A stretch of 64,000 nt of DNA from a virus. The DNA is taken from positions 36,355 through 100,354 of the IMG/VR virus record IMGVR_UViG_3300045988_001753; one strand, given 5' to 3'. The notes under the pieces were generated by a model that was not told the DNA's origin, searched no databases, and saw nothing but the letters and a program-made list of their open reading frames with translations. Below, piece after piece: positions 63,926-64,000 of this stretch. Both the position numbers and the translations under genes were made by a program. Each line of letters starts with the position of its first letter. Within the stretch, counting starts at the first letter, position 1.

Positions 63926-64000
63926 CATTTATTGTTTCACTTCTAAAAAAAAAAAGATGGAAAAGAATGAAGAAAAGGTTCTGGAAAGAAATCTGGAACA

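Overview
This window looks like a crAss-like (Crassvirales-type) podophage genome fragment, AT-rich, with no cellular flanks. All calls are by-eye motif and architecture reading without searches. RNA ends are +/-2 nt. Layout: (1) 2-10306 (+) holds a 5'-truncated giant virion RNA polymerase with a GSDFDVDK catalytic loop, plus a 1351-aa companion protein. (2) 10451-53170 (-) is one long, tightly packed late arm. Read in the direction of transcription it holds small proteins (HU/IHF-like, GroES-like), large terminase, portal, tail fibres (one with a C-terminal SGNH esterase), a lysis-like cluster, scaffold-like protein, major capsid protein, head/tail proteins interrupted by a GIY-YIG homing endonuclease, then giant tail/ejection proteins of 1623, 783, 601 and 2353 aa. 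(3) 53185-57346 (-) is an array of 29 tRNA genes, interrupted by an HNH endonuclease, a Dps/ferritin-like gene and a small membrane ORF. (4) 57400-59770 is a divergent, repeat-rich control region. (5) 58550-64000 (+) carries small early-type ORFs interleaved with two tRNA-Arg genes, three non-canonical tRNA-like elements and a clear tmRNA (ssrA) gene. Eight minus-strand intergenic sites share a motif matching the Bacteroides -33/-7 (TAnnTTTG) promoter, pointing to a Bacteroidota host. The most interesting content is a translation-support island: tRNAs for all 20 amino acids, a tmRNA with a divergent tag, and two tRNAs whose body class does not match their anticodon.
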